A stretch of 64,000 nt of DNA, taken from NCBI GenBank assembly GCA_004431415.1, contig QPMI01000589.1, positions 1 through 64,000 of the forward strand, read 5' to 3'. The notes below the pieces were generated by a model that was given only the letters and a program-made list of their open reading frames with translations, had not been told where the DNA came from and did no database searches. Of this stretch, positions 46,415-58,133 are shown in pieces (the stretch's first letter is position 1; the number at the start of each line of letters is the position of its first letter). The translations under genes were made by a program, and so were the position numbers. Source of the DNA: Cyanophora paradoxa CCMP329 (lineage: Eukaryota; Plantae; Glaucophyta).

Positions 46415-49022
46415 CTAGCTGCCCACCCCGCGGCCGGCGCTGTCCTCCCCGCGGGCCGCGAGGCGCTGGAGGCCGGCGGGGAGGGCGCAGGCGACGCCCC
46501 GCGCCGCCAGCCCCCGCAGCACCCGCCCCGCCCGCGCCCCTTCGAGCTCCTCGCCCGCCAGGAACCTGCAGGGTGCCTCGCTTAGCGGTGGAGGCGGGGA
46601 GGGGGTTACGGGGGGGCGCACTCGGAGAGCTGGCGGTCGTCGACGCCGCGCGGGCCGAGAGGTCGACGCGTCAGCGAATCCAGAGTGCGTGGGGTACGGG
46701 CGGAGCTCGAGGGGGAGGGGGTACAGTTTGCACCTCGTCGGCGCGGGCGATGTAGAGGCTCTGGAGGGCGGGGCAGGCGGCGAGGAGGTCCAGCAGGCCG
46801 GCCGCCTCGCGCCTGCAGAAGCGGCACGACCGGAGGACGAGCGAGCGGAGGGAAAGGGGGGCGGCGGAGGCCTGGAGGGCCCCCAGGATGTGCCCCGCCT
46901 CCAGCACCCCCTCCAGCGAGAGCTGCCGCAAGGTCGGCGTGAACCGGCTGGCCTCGCAGGGGCGGAGGAGGGGTACGGCTCACGAGCTCCAGGCGGGCCC
47001 CCGCGGGGGAGGCGAGGGCGGCGGCCCACCAGCCGCAGGGCGTGGCGGGGCCGCCTAGGGCGAGGATGCGGAGGGCCGGGAAGGATCCCTCGGGGGGCGG
47101 GCACCCCAGGCCCGAGGGGCTGCGCCCCGGGAGGCCTCAAGACCAAGCCTGTACGGGCGGGGCGGTGCGGGGGTACGGCAGCGGGTGTGCACCCTTCACC
47201 GGTCGCATCCTGCGGGACCCGCGCCGCGCCGCGTCAGTGTCGGGTCCGAAGCTTAGCGAGGGGGTACAGGGGCACCAGCTCGCAGGCGTGGACGGAGAGG
47301 CTCTCGAGGGCAGGGCAAGCGGCCAAGAATGCCAGGAGGCCGGAAGTCTCCTGCCTGCTGAAGCGGCAGTTTCGCAGGGCGAGCGAGCGGAGGGCCAGCG
47401 GGGCTCCCACGAGCGAGGCCGCGAGCGCCCCCGTGATGCGCCCCGCCCATTCCACCCCGCTCAGCGAGAGCTGCGGCGGGCCGCGTGAGATACGGCGCCG
47501 GGCAGAGCGCGAAGAGCGCTGGGGGCGCGCACGCTCTCGAGGCGGGCGCCAGCGGGGGAGGCGAGGGCGGCGGCCCACCAGTCGGAGTTCGTGGAGGGGC
47601 CGCTCAGGGAGAGGTGGCGGAGGAAGGGGAAGGAGCCCTCGGGGGGCGGGGGGATCGAGGGCAGCGGGGGGCTGTGGGTGCCGGGCTCCGGCGTGTATGG
47701 CTCCATCGTGTCGACGGTGAGGCGGGAGAGGGCGGGGAGGGCGGCGAGGGCGCGGCCCGACTCCTCCCCGTCCGCCCCCCCGAGGGGGTCGCCCCCCGCG
47801 ATCGCGAGGGTCTCGAGGGTGGCGGCCGCCCCGCTCCGCTCCAGGCCGCCGAGGGCGACGGGGCGGGGCGGGGTCTGAAGCAAGAACTCCCGAAGGCCCG
47901 CCGCCGCAAAACGGTCAGCGGGGAAGAGGTCCTCCCAACGGCCTGCGCCCTCGTCAGGCTGGGGGTACGGTGTGATCGAGGGCGGGTCAGGGGGGGTACC
48001 GTCGAGGTCGAACTGGGTCCGGAGCCGGAGGGTGCGGAGGGAGCGGGCGCAGAGGCGGACGACGCTGCAGAGCGACTCGCGCGCCTCGTCGCTCGGCGGC
48101 TGCGCCCAGTCGCGGTAGACGTCGACCTGCCGGAAGCAAAAAGCTCAGACGGCGCGCGAGGGCGCCGGCGGGCGGGAGGGACCGACATCGAAGCAGCGAA
48201 GCCTTCGATTGGACGCCGGGACGGCGGCGAGGGCGTCGGCGCAGGCGCGGAGCTCGTTCGCGCCGTCCGGGGACAGGAAGTGGAGGCGGAGGGAGACGAT
48301 GGAGGGCCAGCAGGGGAGGGCGGCGAGGAAGCGGGCCCCGTGCTCGCCATCCCCGTTGACCGTCACCTCGCGCAGGCCGGTGAGGCGTGGCGCGCGCTTC
48401 GGATCCGCGAGGAACGCGTCGACGCCGCCGCCGCCGGGGCACCCCTCCAGCCCGCGCTCGACGCCGGCGTCCCAGGCGGCGGACTCGAAGAGCGCGAGCG
48501 GCCCGCCGGCCGCGTCGATCGCCTCCTTGAACCGCTTGCAGACGGCGCGGAGCGCGTGCGCCTCGCGGAGCTCAGCGGCCCACCGGCTGCCGTCCGGAGG
48601 AAGCTGCGGCGCCGGCGCGCGCGGCAGCCCAGCTCCAAGTCAGATCAAGGCCACATGCACAGCCGCGGGCGCGCATTGACCTCGCTCGCCACAATCCGCA
48701 GGATCTTTAGAAGCAGCTCGTCGGCGAGCAGCACAATCGGCGCTTCTGTCTCAGCGGGCGCCGCAGGCTCCGGCGCCTTTTCCTACGCGCCCGATCATTA
48801 GCGACAGCGACTCTCAAATGCGCCGGCGGGCGAAGAATCCGTTTCAGCTGAAATTCGCACCGTACGCGTTGCAGCGCTCGGATCTGCAGCTGAAAGCTGC
48901 AGTCGGCCGCGTCCGTGCTTGGAATTCGCCTGAAAGGCCCATGCGCGTGGGCACAATCCGGCAGGATCCTGCGCTGCCACAGCGCTTGACGCCGGCGTCT
49001 TTCGCTTGCCGCCGCGGGCCAT
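46415..49022 (-). CDS. F-box/LRR paralogue E
   Basis: MARGGKRK start, first intron conserved with A and B, PIVLLADELLLKILR, shared core, ends LRGLAARGVACALPA... Confidence 0.75.
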
Positions 49023-49679
49023 GCTAGAGCTCTCGAGCGAGCCTCTGAGCACGAGTTGGCACTAGGACGTGCACGATGTTGACCCCAGGCGACGCCACGC
49101 CGCGTAGACGTGATTCTCCCTAGGCCTACAGCTCAAGCTCGACTTCTCCTAAATTTCGGGGGGTACACTTACAAGGGCCCCGGCGGGTACATGTACATGC
49201 GCATGCAATTTCGGGGGGTACACTTACAAGGGTCCCGGCGGGTACATGCGCGCGCATGCAAGGCCAGGCCAGGCCCGCCCGCGCGCGGGCCCGGAGCTCG
49301 CGATCGACGTCGACTCGGCTCGACTCGGCGAGGGCGCCGCGGCGCGCCGGCGCCGGCCCGCGGCCGCAGCAGCCTGGCAGGCGCCTTCGACGTCGCCAGC
49401 CAAGCTTACAAGTGAAGAGCTAGCCAGCTATAGCTGAGCTCGGCGCGGCCGTGGCGCCGCTTGCGGCGAGCTTGAGCAGCGCTAGCACTAGTACTAGCTG
49501 CGCATGCGCGCTCTTGAGCGCACGAGCTCGAGCTCGAGGCTAAGCGGATTCCGGAGCAAGCCGGCGACAACTTTCGAATTGCAATCAGCGCTCGAAAACA
49601 CGAGGAAGAGGGCGAGTTGGTGGCCGCCGGGCACTTGGTGTTCGAGGGGGATTGATTCCGGGGCCGGGCGGGGCGGCCG

Positions 49680-49800
49680 TCAGTGGCGGCCGCCACCCTT
49701 GCCCTTCCCCTTGTTGCCCCTGCCGCCCTGCCCCGGCTGCTGGCCCTGCTGCTGCCCGGGCTGCCCCCTGCCCCTTCCCTGTCCCCTCTGCTGCTGCTGC

Positions 49801-49846
<46 letters not shown>

Positions 49847-52768
49847 CGGCGCCCCGCGCCGGCCCCTTGCCCGAAGGCCCGCGGCTTCCGCGGCCGGCCG
49901 CCGCGCCGCCGGCCTGCGCGTTGCTCTCCGCGCTGGCGCTCAGGAGCGCGTTGCGGAAGCTGAAGGCCCCTCCGGCGGAGCCGCCGCGCCCGCGCTGGGC
50001 CGGGCCGGGGGCGCCGCCGCCGGCGCCGGCACGGCCGCCGCCTCCTCGGCGGGGGGCTCCCCGGCCGGCCCGCCCCGCGTGCTCCTCGCCCGCGGCGTCC
50101 GCCGAGGGGCCCGCCGGGCTGCCGGGCGCCCCGCCTCGGCCGCGGCCGGCGCGGCGTGCGCTGGCGTTCCCTGCGCCGCCGAGGCCTGCGAGGGCGTCAA
50201 GGACGCCTCGGAGAAGAAGCGGCGGAGGCGGCGGCGGCGGCGCACCGAGTTCGGAATGCTGGCGAAGCGGCGCATGGACGTCGGAGTCGCCGCGGGCCGC
50301 CGCCGGCAGCGGTGGGCGCTGGCGAGGCCGCCGCCGCGGAGGCGCCGGCGCGGCCGGGGACGCGGCGGCGTTCTGCTTGAACTTTCTCTGCCGCGCCGCC
50401 GCCGGCGTCGCTGCTGCTGCCGCGGCCGGCGCCGGCGTCGCAACGGCCGCCGCCGGGGCTGCGGCGGCGGCGGTGACGGCCGGCGTGGCGGCTGCCGCTG
50501 CCGGATGCGCGGCGGGAGTGGCGGGCGCTGGGTGGCCGGGGCGGCGGTTGGGCCGGGGTGGCCGGAGCAACGAGGGCGGCGGGCGGAGCGGAGGGGTCGA
50601 GGCGGGCGGAGCGGGGCAGAGGTTGGGGCGGCCGGGGCGGCCGGGTGGGAGCGGGGGCGGGGCGGGCGCAGGGCGGGGCGGGGGTCTTGGGCCCCGCGGC
50701 GGAGGCGTCGGAGGAGCGGGCGGGTGCGATCCAGCGGGGCGGAGTGGCCGGGGCCGGCGCGCTGGCCGCCGCCGCCGGCGTCAGTACGCTCTCCAGCGCC
50801 TCAAGCACATCCGTTGCCGACACCGGCGCGGCCTCCGCCGCGACGGGCGCCGCGGGGCCACCGCCGCCTCCGCCGCCGCCGGCTGGAGGCGGCGCAGCTG
50901 GCGCAGCGATGCGCGGCCCGCCGCCGGCGCGGCCGGCGCGGCCGGCGCGGCGGGGGGCGGGGCGGGAGCGGCCGGCGCGGCCGAAGGAGCAGGGGCGGCA
51001 CGGGTGGCGGCGGTGGCGGGGCGGCGGCGGCCCGGGCGGCCGGGGCAGAGGGACGGGACCGCTTCGGGGGCGGGGCACCTCGCCCGAGGGGGCGGCCGCC
51101 GCGGGGGCGCCGGGACGGGGATGGCGGTGGGGACGGGGCCGGGGGCGGGGGCAGGGCAGGACGGGGTAGTCGCGGGGCCGCTTGGCGGCGGCGAGGCCCG
51201 TCGTGGCCTCGAGCAGCACGAGCGCCTGCGAGACCGCCGAGGTCATCTGCGCGGGCGGGCGTGCGGCGCTCAGCTCAGCGTCGCGGGACAGAGAGACGGG
51301 AGGGGGCGGGGGCCTGCCTCGACGTTGACGGGCGCCGAGGCGCAGGCGGGGGTCAGGGCGTGCAGCAGGCGCTCCCAGCCGGGGCGCGACGGGTCCGCAG
51401 CCGCGCTGAAGACGCCGACGATGCGCGAGAGGCGCGAGCGGCGCCGCCGCGCCGGCGCGCCCTCGCCCTCGCCGCCCTCCTCCTCGTCCTCCTCCGCCGC
51501 CGCCCAGTCCTCCATCGCGACGTCCCCGTCCCCGTCGGCGCCCGCGGCGCCCTCGCGGCCCTCCTCGGCCGCGTCGGGCGCCTCGGCGCCGGCGGCCCAG
51601 GGGCAGAACCAGCGGTGCTCCTTCACTGGGTCCAGCGGCGGGCGCCGCGGCGGCCGCGCGGCCGGCCGCGGCGGGGGCGCCGGCGCCATCGACGGGAGCT
51701 TGAGGACGTGGTCCAGGTGGGCCGGCGGCAGGGCCCCGGGGCGGGGCCCGGCCGCGCCGTCGCCGGCGCGGCGGGGGCGGCGGCGGCGGCGTCGCCCTCG
51801 AGCTCCATGTCGGCCTCGGCCACGTCCGTCACGCGGGGCGCCGGGGCCGGCCGCGGCGGCGGCGGCGGCATCTCCTCCTCCTCCTCGACGGCCGCCCCAC
51901 GGGGCTCGCCGTGCGCGCCGGCGACGGCTGCGCAGGCAGGCTCGCCCGCTGCGCCGCCGCCGGCCCCGCTGGCGTCCCCGCGGCCGGCGACGCGCTGCGG
52001 GGGGTCAGCCACGCGCGAGGGCGCGGGCGCGGGGCGCGGGGTGCCGCGCGGGACGCACGGGAAGGGGAGGCGGGGTCGGACTTGCGCGGGGTGCACGAAG
52101 CACGCCCGAAGAGCATCGTGTCGATGTCGGCGGCGCGCTCGGCCGGTGGCTCCAGCAGCCGCCGGTAGAAGTCGTCCACCTCGGGCGTCGGCTCGTACGC
52201 CGCGGGCGGCGGCGGCGGCGGCGCGACGCTCTCCCCCGCCCGCAGCTCCTCCGCCGACACGTGGTCGCCGGGGAGGCGCGCGGCGAGGCGGCCGCCGGGC
52301 TCGCCCAGCGCCCGCGCTCGACCTCCATCGGCTCGTCCAGCCGCACCGAGACGCGCCCCGCGCCGGCGCGCGCCTCCTCCTGGCTGATCTCCGCGGGGCC
52401 GCCGCCGAGGCGCGGACGAGGCCGGCGCCGGCCTCGGAGGGCGGCAGCTCGTCCCCCGGCAGGTGGTAGTTCCAGAGGCCGAGCGTGCGGCTGCACGTCT
52501 CGCACGTGAGCGTCACGTCGCGGATCGGCTCCCGCCGGTCGCCCGGCCCCGCGCTGCAGCGGCCGCCGGAGGAGAGGCGCCCCTGCCGCTCGGCGCGCCA
52601 GCCGCAGAGGGCGACGAGGGCGGCGGCGCGGCACCAGGCCGCCTCCATCAGGTGCGGCGCCTCGAAGCTCGTCTCCGTCATGAAGTGCGTCAGCGCCATC
52701 TTCAGCAGCGCCCCGACCCGCTCCTGCACCGGCGTCTGCGGGGCGGAGGGGCGCCGAGTCGGCGGCGC

Positions 52769-52831
<63 letters not shown>

Positions 52832-53589
52832 GCCGGGACGCACGGTAGCGGCCTCGAAGGAGCGGCTGAGGGTCGGGAAGGGGTACGCGGAGGCGAGGCT
52901 GGAGAGGCGCGCGCGCCACTCGGCGGCGTACTCCTCCGTCGACTTGTTCGGGAACTCGGTGAAGGAGCGCGGGCACGGGTTGCCCCGCCACGGGCAGTGG
53001 TCGAAGTGGCCCGTGCTCAGCGACGCCGCCATCTTCTGCGCAGCCTCCCGCGCTGCGGCCGGCGCGTGAGCTGGGGCTGGGGCCCCAGGTGGCGTGTGGG
53101 CTGCGGCGGCGGACCGGCTTGAAGCGACAGGTTTGCATCGAGGCGGAAAGAGCGCATGGCACCGCAGATGCGGCAAGAGAGCATGTCGGGGCCCTTGTTG
53201 ATCCAGCCGAATCGGGCGCACTCCATCGCGCCGATGCTGTGGCGAGCGCGAGGCCGTGAGCAGCACGGCCGGACGCTGCCGTGTGCGTGCGATCGGAGTC
53301 ACCTTGCTGGCTTGCCGAACCACGTCGAGATGCGAAATGACTTGACGCGCTCGAGAAACGCGGCCCGATCCCACGGCCGGCAGGACGTGAGGCTTTCTGA
53401 CGATGCGTCGGGCGCAGGGGCCCTGTGAAAGAACGTGAATGAGCGCCAGCAGCGTCCGACAGGCCGAAAGGCGTACGATGGGCCGGCCGAATCCGACACG
53501 GCCGCGGCATCCGTCGCAGGCCGCTGTATGTACACCAGAGATGAGAGGGCCGCCTGCAGGCGCTGCTCCAGCTCCTCCGGAGCCGCCAT
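49680..53589 (-). CDS. ZC3HC1: NIPA/ZC3HC1 (Rsm1/Pml39-like) C3HC zinc-finger protein
   Basis: CRPWDRAAFLERVKSF...WFGKP, CARFGW...LSCRIC, GHFDHCPWRGNPCP, LVALCGW, LTCETCSRTLGLW, DPVKEHRWFCPW, PGWERLL. Low-complexity C-terminus with poly-Q. Confidence 0.88.
49788..49844 (-). repeat. (CAG/CAA)19 polyglutamine tract
   Basis: CTG/TTG trinucleotide run seen directly. Confidence 0.9.
52773..52829. repeat. (GGC)n microsatellite, apparently intronic
   Basis: About 19 GGC units between a GTGCGT donor and a CGCAG acceptor on the minus strand. Confidence 0.85.
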
Positions 53590-53716
53590 GGCGCCCGAGC
53601 CCGACCGCGAATCGTTTTGCGTACCCAGACAGGCGAAACCCAGCTCGCTCAGCAGCCGCGCCAGACGCTTCGTGTACGTTTTTCTTGGCCCTCCGAAGCT
53701 TCTAGAAAGCGCAGCA

Positions 53717-54690
53717 ATGGTCGCCGCATGGTTCTTCGTGGACGACGGCACGAGCCAGTTCGAGGAGCACAGGGGGGCGGAGGTCACGCTGGAGGATCTG
53801 CGCGCCCGCGGCGTGCTCTACTGGCAGTGCGCGCTGCTTCCCCCGTGCCTCGCGTTGCGCTCCCTCCGATCGAGCGCTCCGCAGGCTCGACGCTGACCGG
53901 TACGAGGAGGAGGGCAAGCTCGAGGGCATCTGCAAGGAGCGGAACTACAAGAACCGCGACCAGGTCGGCGCGCGCCCCCTCGACTCGCTGGCGCCGGCCG
54001 ATCGCGGCGAGCAGGTCACCATCACGCCCGAGATGCAGGGCTTCGACGACAAGATGAAGATGTTCTTTGAGGAGTGCGTTCCGAGCCTTAGCTCCAGATC
54101 CCCGCCCCGCGCCCGGCCCGCTCCAGCGGCGCGCGCCGGCGCCGCCCTCTGTCATAGCTATCGCGGCGCGCGCCGCTGTTCGCCGGCCTTAGCATGCGGC
54201 GAGCCTAGGCCCCGGCGGGTTTGCGGTGTTCTGTAGCTAACGGGCGGCTGGGCGGCGCGCAGGCACCTGCACGACGACGAGGAGATCCGCTTCGTGATGG
54301 ACGGCAGCGGCTACTTCGACGTCCGCGGTGCGCTTCCGAGCGCCGGCGCCGCCCCGGCCCGCCGGCGCCTGAGGGGGCGCAGGGTACCCGGACGAGCGGT
54401 GGATCCGTGTGGCGGTGGAGAAGGGGGACATGCTGGTCCTGCCGGCCGGCATCTACCACCGCTTCACCGTCGACGCGCGGAAGAGCGTCAAGGCCATGCG
54501 CCTCTTCCAGGTCCGCATCCCTCGCGGCCCGGAGCAGGCCGTCTCTGAGGCGCCGCGCTCGCTGGGGCAGGACGAGCCGAAGTGGGTCGCGATCTCGAGG
54601 CCGGCGGCGGAGTCCGCCAAGAACGCCGCCCGGCAGCGCTACATCGAGCACTTCAGCTGCCCCGCCCCCGCCAAGGCCACCCCCGCCTGA
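53717..54690 (+). CDS. ADI1: Acireductone dioxygenase (methionine salvage)
   Basis: [75 protein letters not shown]; 5 introns. Confidence 0.96.
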
Positions 54691-54939
54691 GCGCCGGAGC
54701 GAGCGCGGGCGCGGGCCGGCGGCGCCGTCCCCGGTCGATCCGGTTGGCCTAGAGTACGTTACGTGCAGATGTGAGCGGCGGCTCGCCTTAGCTTAGCCGG
54801 GCATGCAGTCCCAGCGCGGGCCGGCGCGAGGCGGGAGGCGAAAAGCAAAGGTTATTGTACAGGCCGAGGCGCAGCTGCAGAAAACAGCGGGCTGCGGGCC
54901 GGCCGCGGGCGGAGGGGGCGGGGCGGGGCGGGGCAGCGG

Positions 54940-56400
54940 CTAGCGGAAGAGGAGGAGGGCGCCGGCGAGGATGGAGAAGAGAGCCCCGCAGGCGGTGTTG
55001 ATCACGTTCACCAGCTCGTTCGTCAGGTACCTGCGAGCGAAGCGGGGGCGGAGCTGAGCGGGGGGTACGGGCACCGCGGCGGGGCGGGGCGGGGCGGGGC
55101 GGGCGGACTCGTAGCCGGGGCGGCCCTGGAGGGCGGCGCCGACGTAGCTCTCGACGTTGTTGGCGAGGAAGGCGGAGACGACGCAGACGAGGACGCCGGA
55201 GAGGCCGCCGAGGACGAGGCCCACGCGGGAGCCCAGCGCCGCGAGGAGCACCGATGCCGCCACGCCGGCCAGCGTCCCCTCCGCGCTCACCGCCCCCTCC
55301 GTGCCCCGCGGCACCACCTTGAACGACGTGATGAGGTACGTCGTCTGCCGGCGGGGCGGCCCGGGTCAGAGGGGCAGGGGAGCTGAGCCTGGGGAGAGAA
55401 GGGGGGTACAGCGCGCCTTGCCATAGGCCTTGCCGACCTCGGAGGAGACGGTGTCGGCCAGCTTCGTGCTGAAGCTCGCCACGTACGCCAGCTGCAGCAG
55501 CGCCACCAGCCGGTCCGCCGCCAGGTTGTTGTACCCTGCGCTGCGGTGAGGCGCCGAGAAGCTGACGGGCGTTGCGGGGGGGGGCACCGAAGACGGCGGG
55601 GAGGAGGGAGGCGAGGAGGGCGCAGGCAGTGGAGACGGCGGCGGAGCCCCAGACGTTCTCGGGGCCTCGCCGCCCGCCGCGCTTCTCCGCGATCCCCTCC
55701 GCCTCTTTCCTGCGGGCCGCGGCGCCTCGGCGGAGGACGGGCGACGGGCAGGCGGCGCCGGCAGACCGCTTGATACCGATCTTGGTAACGGCGACGCCCA
55801 GGATGAAGTACGCCGCGACGACGGCGTATCCCCGCCAGTTGAGCGTCGTCCACACGACGGTGCCCAGCAGGCCGGCGTGAAGCGCGCCCTCGGGCGTGAG
55901 GGCCTTCTTGAGCGGGCCTGCGACCCTGCGCACACCCGTCGAGCGCATGTCGGGAGAAGGCGGAGCCGCAGGGGGCAGCGCGCGCACCACAGCGAGCCGA
56001 TGAGGATGCTGTTGAGGATGGCCGACGCCGCCCAGTTCTGCGCGGCGCCGACGAGCGAGCAGGACACTTCGCACGGCGTTGCCGGCGGCCGGCCGAGCGG
56101 CGTTATCCTCGCCTCCGATCCGTCGTAAGTGCGGAGCTTGCGGCCGAAAAACTGGGCGCGCAGGGCGGCCGAGGCCCGGTCGGCGACGCGCATGCGGCCA
56201 AACGACCGCTCTGATGAGTCGTCGCGTCCCAAAAACCGCCGCGGGGCCGCCGCCTGGCCGAGCGAGCCAAACAGAGCTGCATGCCTAGCTACCCGCGGCC
56301 GAGGCTGATCGATGACGCCGCAGGTACACGAAGTCGATGCTGCGGCAGAGTCCCGCGTCCTTGCCGGCCGGAGCGCGCCGGAAACCACAAACGAGGCCAT
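54940..56400 (-). CDS. VTE6: DUF92/TMEM19 protein; plastid phytyl-phosphate kinase VTE6-like with transit peptide
   Basis: LTPEG..HA..LG, GIAEKRGGRRGPENVWGSA, VASFSTKLADTVSSEVGKAYGKTTYLIT.FKVVPRGTEGAVSAEGTLAG, ESYVGA.LQ, LTNELVNVINT. N-terminal MASFVV S/A/R-rich extension. Confidence 0.9.
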
Positions 56401-56490
56401 CGCAACTTCTTTGCTGTGTACCCCCACCCGGCACTTTGCGAAACAAAGCAACCTGCATTCAGCACTCCGCGCGCCTCTACAGCCGCGGGA

Positions 56491-57583
56491 ATGAACGTTA
56501 TACGTGACCTCCTGCCCTCGGCACACCCCGAGGAGAAGCTCTTCGAGCCTCCTCCGCCGCGTGAGCTTCCCTCGCGCCGAGCGCACGATTAAATCGCCCT
56601 CCTTAACTCACTTCATGTTTGTAGGAGTGCGGGACGAGGGGACGCAGACTGACGAGGAGGGCGAGATTCGAGACGCGTACGAGCGCGCGCGGGGCCAGGA
56701 GTCCGGCGTCTCCAGCGTGGGCGCCCACGCGGACTCGGAGCGGGAGATCGGCGACGAGGCCGACGATGACGCTGCCTCTGACGCCGACCTGGCGGAGATC
56801 ATGCACTACGAGCAGCGCGGCGCGCGACCGCGTCGCGCCGCTCGCGGCGTGCAGGAGCTGCAGGAGATGAAGGAGGTCGCGTGCGCGGCGCCCTCCGAGC
56901 TCAGCCTCGCGGGTGCGCCGCGATGCGCCGCTCGCTCCGATCCTCGGCGTCGCGCTGCCGACACGCGCGCCCCGCGCTTCCCCTCTTAGCGCGTTCCCGC
57001 GCACGCTCCTCAGCTGCTGGCGTGGCTGCTGCGGGCGCTGCGGGTGCGGCAGCGGGAACCATCGGCGCGGGTGCTGCCCTGGCCTGCGCGCTGCCGCGCG
57101 TCCCGCGCGCTTCGCTCTCACAAGGCGCCGCCCTCGCCCTCAGCCGTGCTGTGCCTCATGATGGACCCTGGCATGACCGGCGGAACGTCCTACCGCATGC
57201 TGCCGGTGCGCCCCTCCCCTCCCCTCGCCTGGCCTTCCGCCCGGCCTCTGGCAATCGCCTCTGCTGACGCGCGAGCACCAGGTCGTGTTCGGAGTGCTCC
57301 TGGGCGCCATCGTCCTCGGTCCGCATCGGCCCGCGCCGCGCCGCGACGTCCTCGCGCACGCGCACCGAGACGCCTCGCAGGGGCCGGCGCGGCGACGATG
57401 ATCGGGACGGGGACCTCGGACCTCGAGCACGAGGCGGAGCTCGCGGAGGAGGAGCGCGAGTACGGCCCCGCGGCCGCCGCCGGCGCGGCGGCGGGCGAGG
57501 CCGGCGACGCCAGCGCCGGCCGCGCGAGCTCGAGCAACGGCGAGGCGCCCTTCCTCTGCCCGGGGCCCAGCGTCGTCAAGTGA
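56491..57583 (+). CDS. Unknown protein with acidic ends and hydrophobic (probable TM) central exons
   Basis: MNVIRDLLPS... exon with a GTGAGC donor, an acidic exon, then AVLCLMMD, VVFGVLLGAIVL and GAGAATMIG segments. Confidence 0.55.
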
Positions 57584-58133
57584 GGCCCTGAGGCGCGCGC
57601 CGCCGCGCGCTCCGAGACTCCCCATGTTCTCGCCCTTTGTTGTACATGTTTCAGCTATTATAGCGCAGCTCTCGGGCCCCGCGTCCTGCCCCAGGCTGTG
57701 TCCTTCCAGTTTTGATCTTCAGCTAGCACTGTACATGTGTGCCGCCGTTTTGAACGCTGTAGATCTATAGCTAGCGCTTGAGTTCGACCTCGAGCCCTGC
57801 AGCTGCATGCGCAGCTGCAGGCTCGAGTCTCCCTTCTAGTCGATTTTCGGAATTGCAGTCGCATTTGGAATTTGCAGTCGATCCTCGCGATCGGCATTCA
57901 TGGTCAATTTTCAAAGTTGGTAGAAATCCGATGATCCGATCTTCGGTAGGAATTCAAACTCGTAGGTGCCTGCTTTAATTATACAGTAACAATATATGTA
58001 CAGTGCCTCAGCTGCAGCAGCCGTGGTCATGACTCTGAAGAAATCAACACTACGTATACTACTATAGCTACAACTCGTAGACTCTAGTAGACCCTGGGAC
58101 CGTTAAAAACGCTACTATAGCTAACTGTACAAG

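Noticed and set aside
49504-52509. 1001-aa and 928-aa plus-strand ORFs, including a poly-Cys tract
   Set aside because: They are antisense shadows of the ZC3HC1 gene; the poly-Cys is the reverse of the CAG tract.
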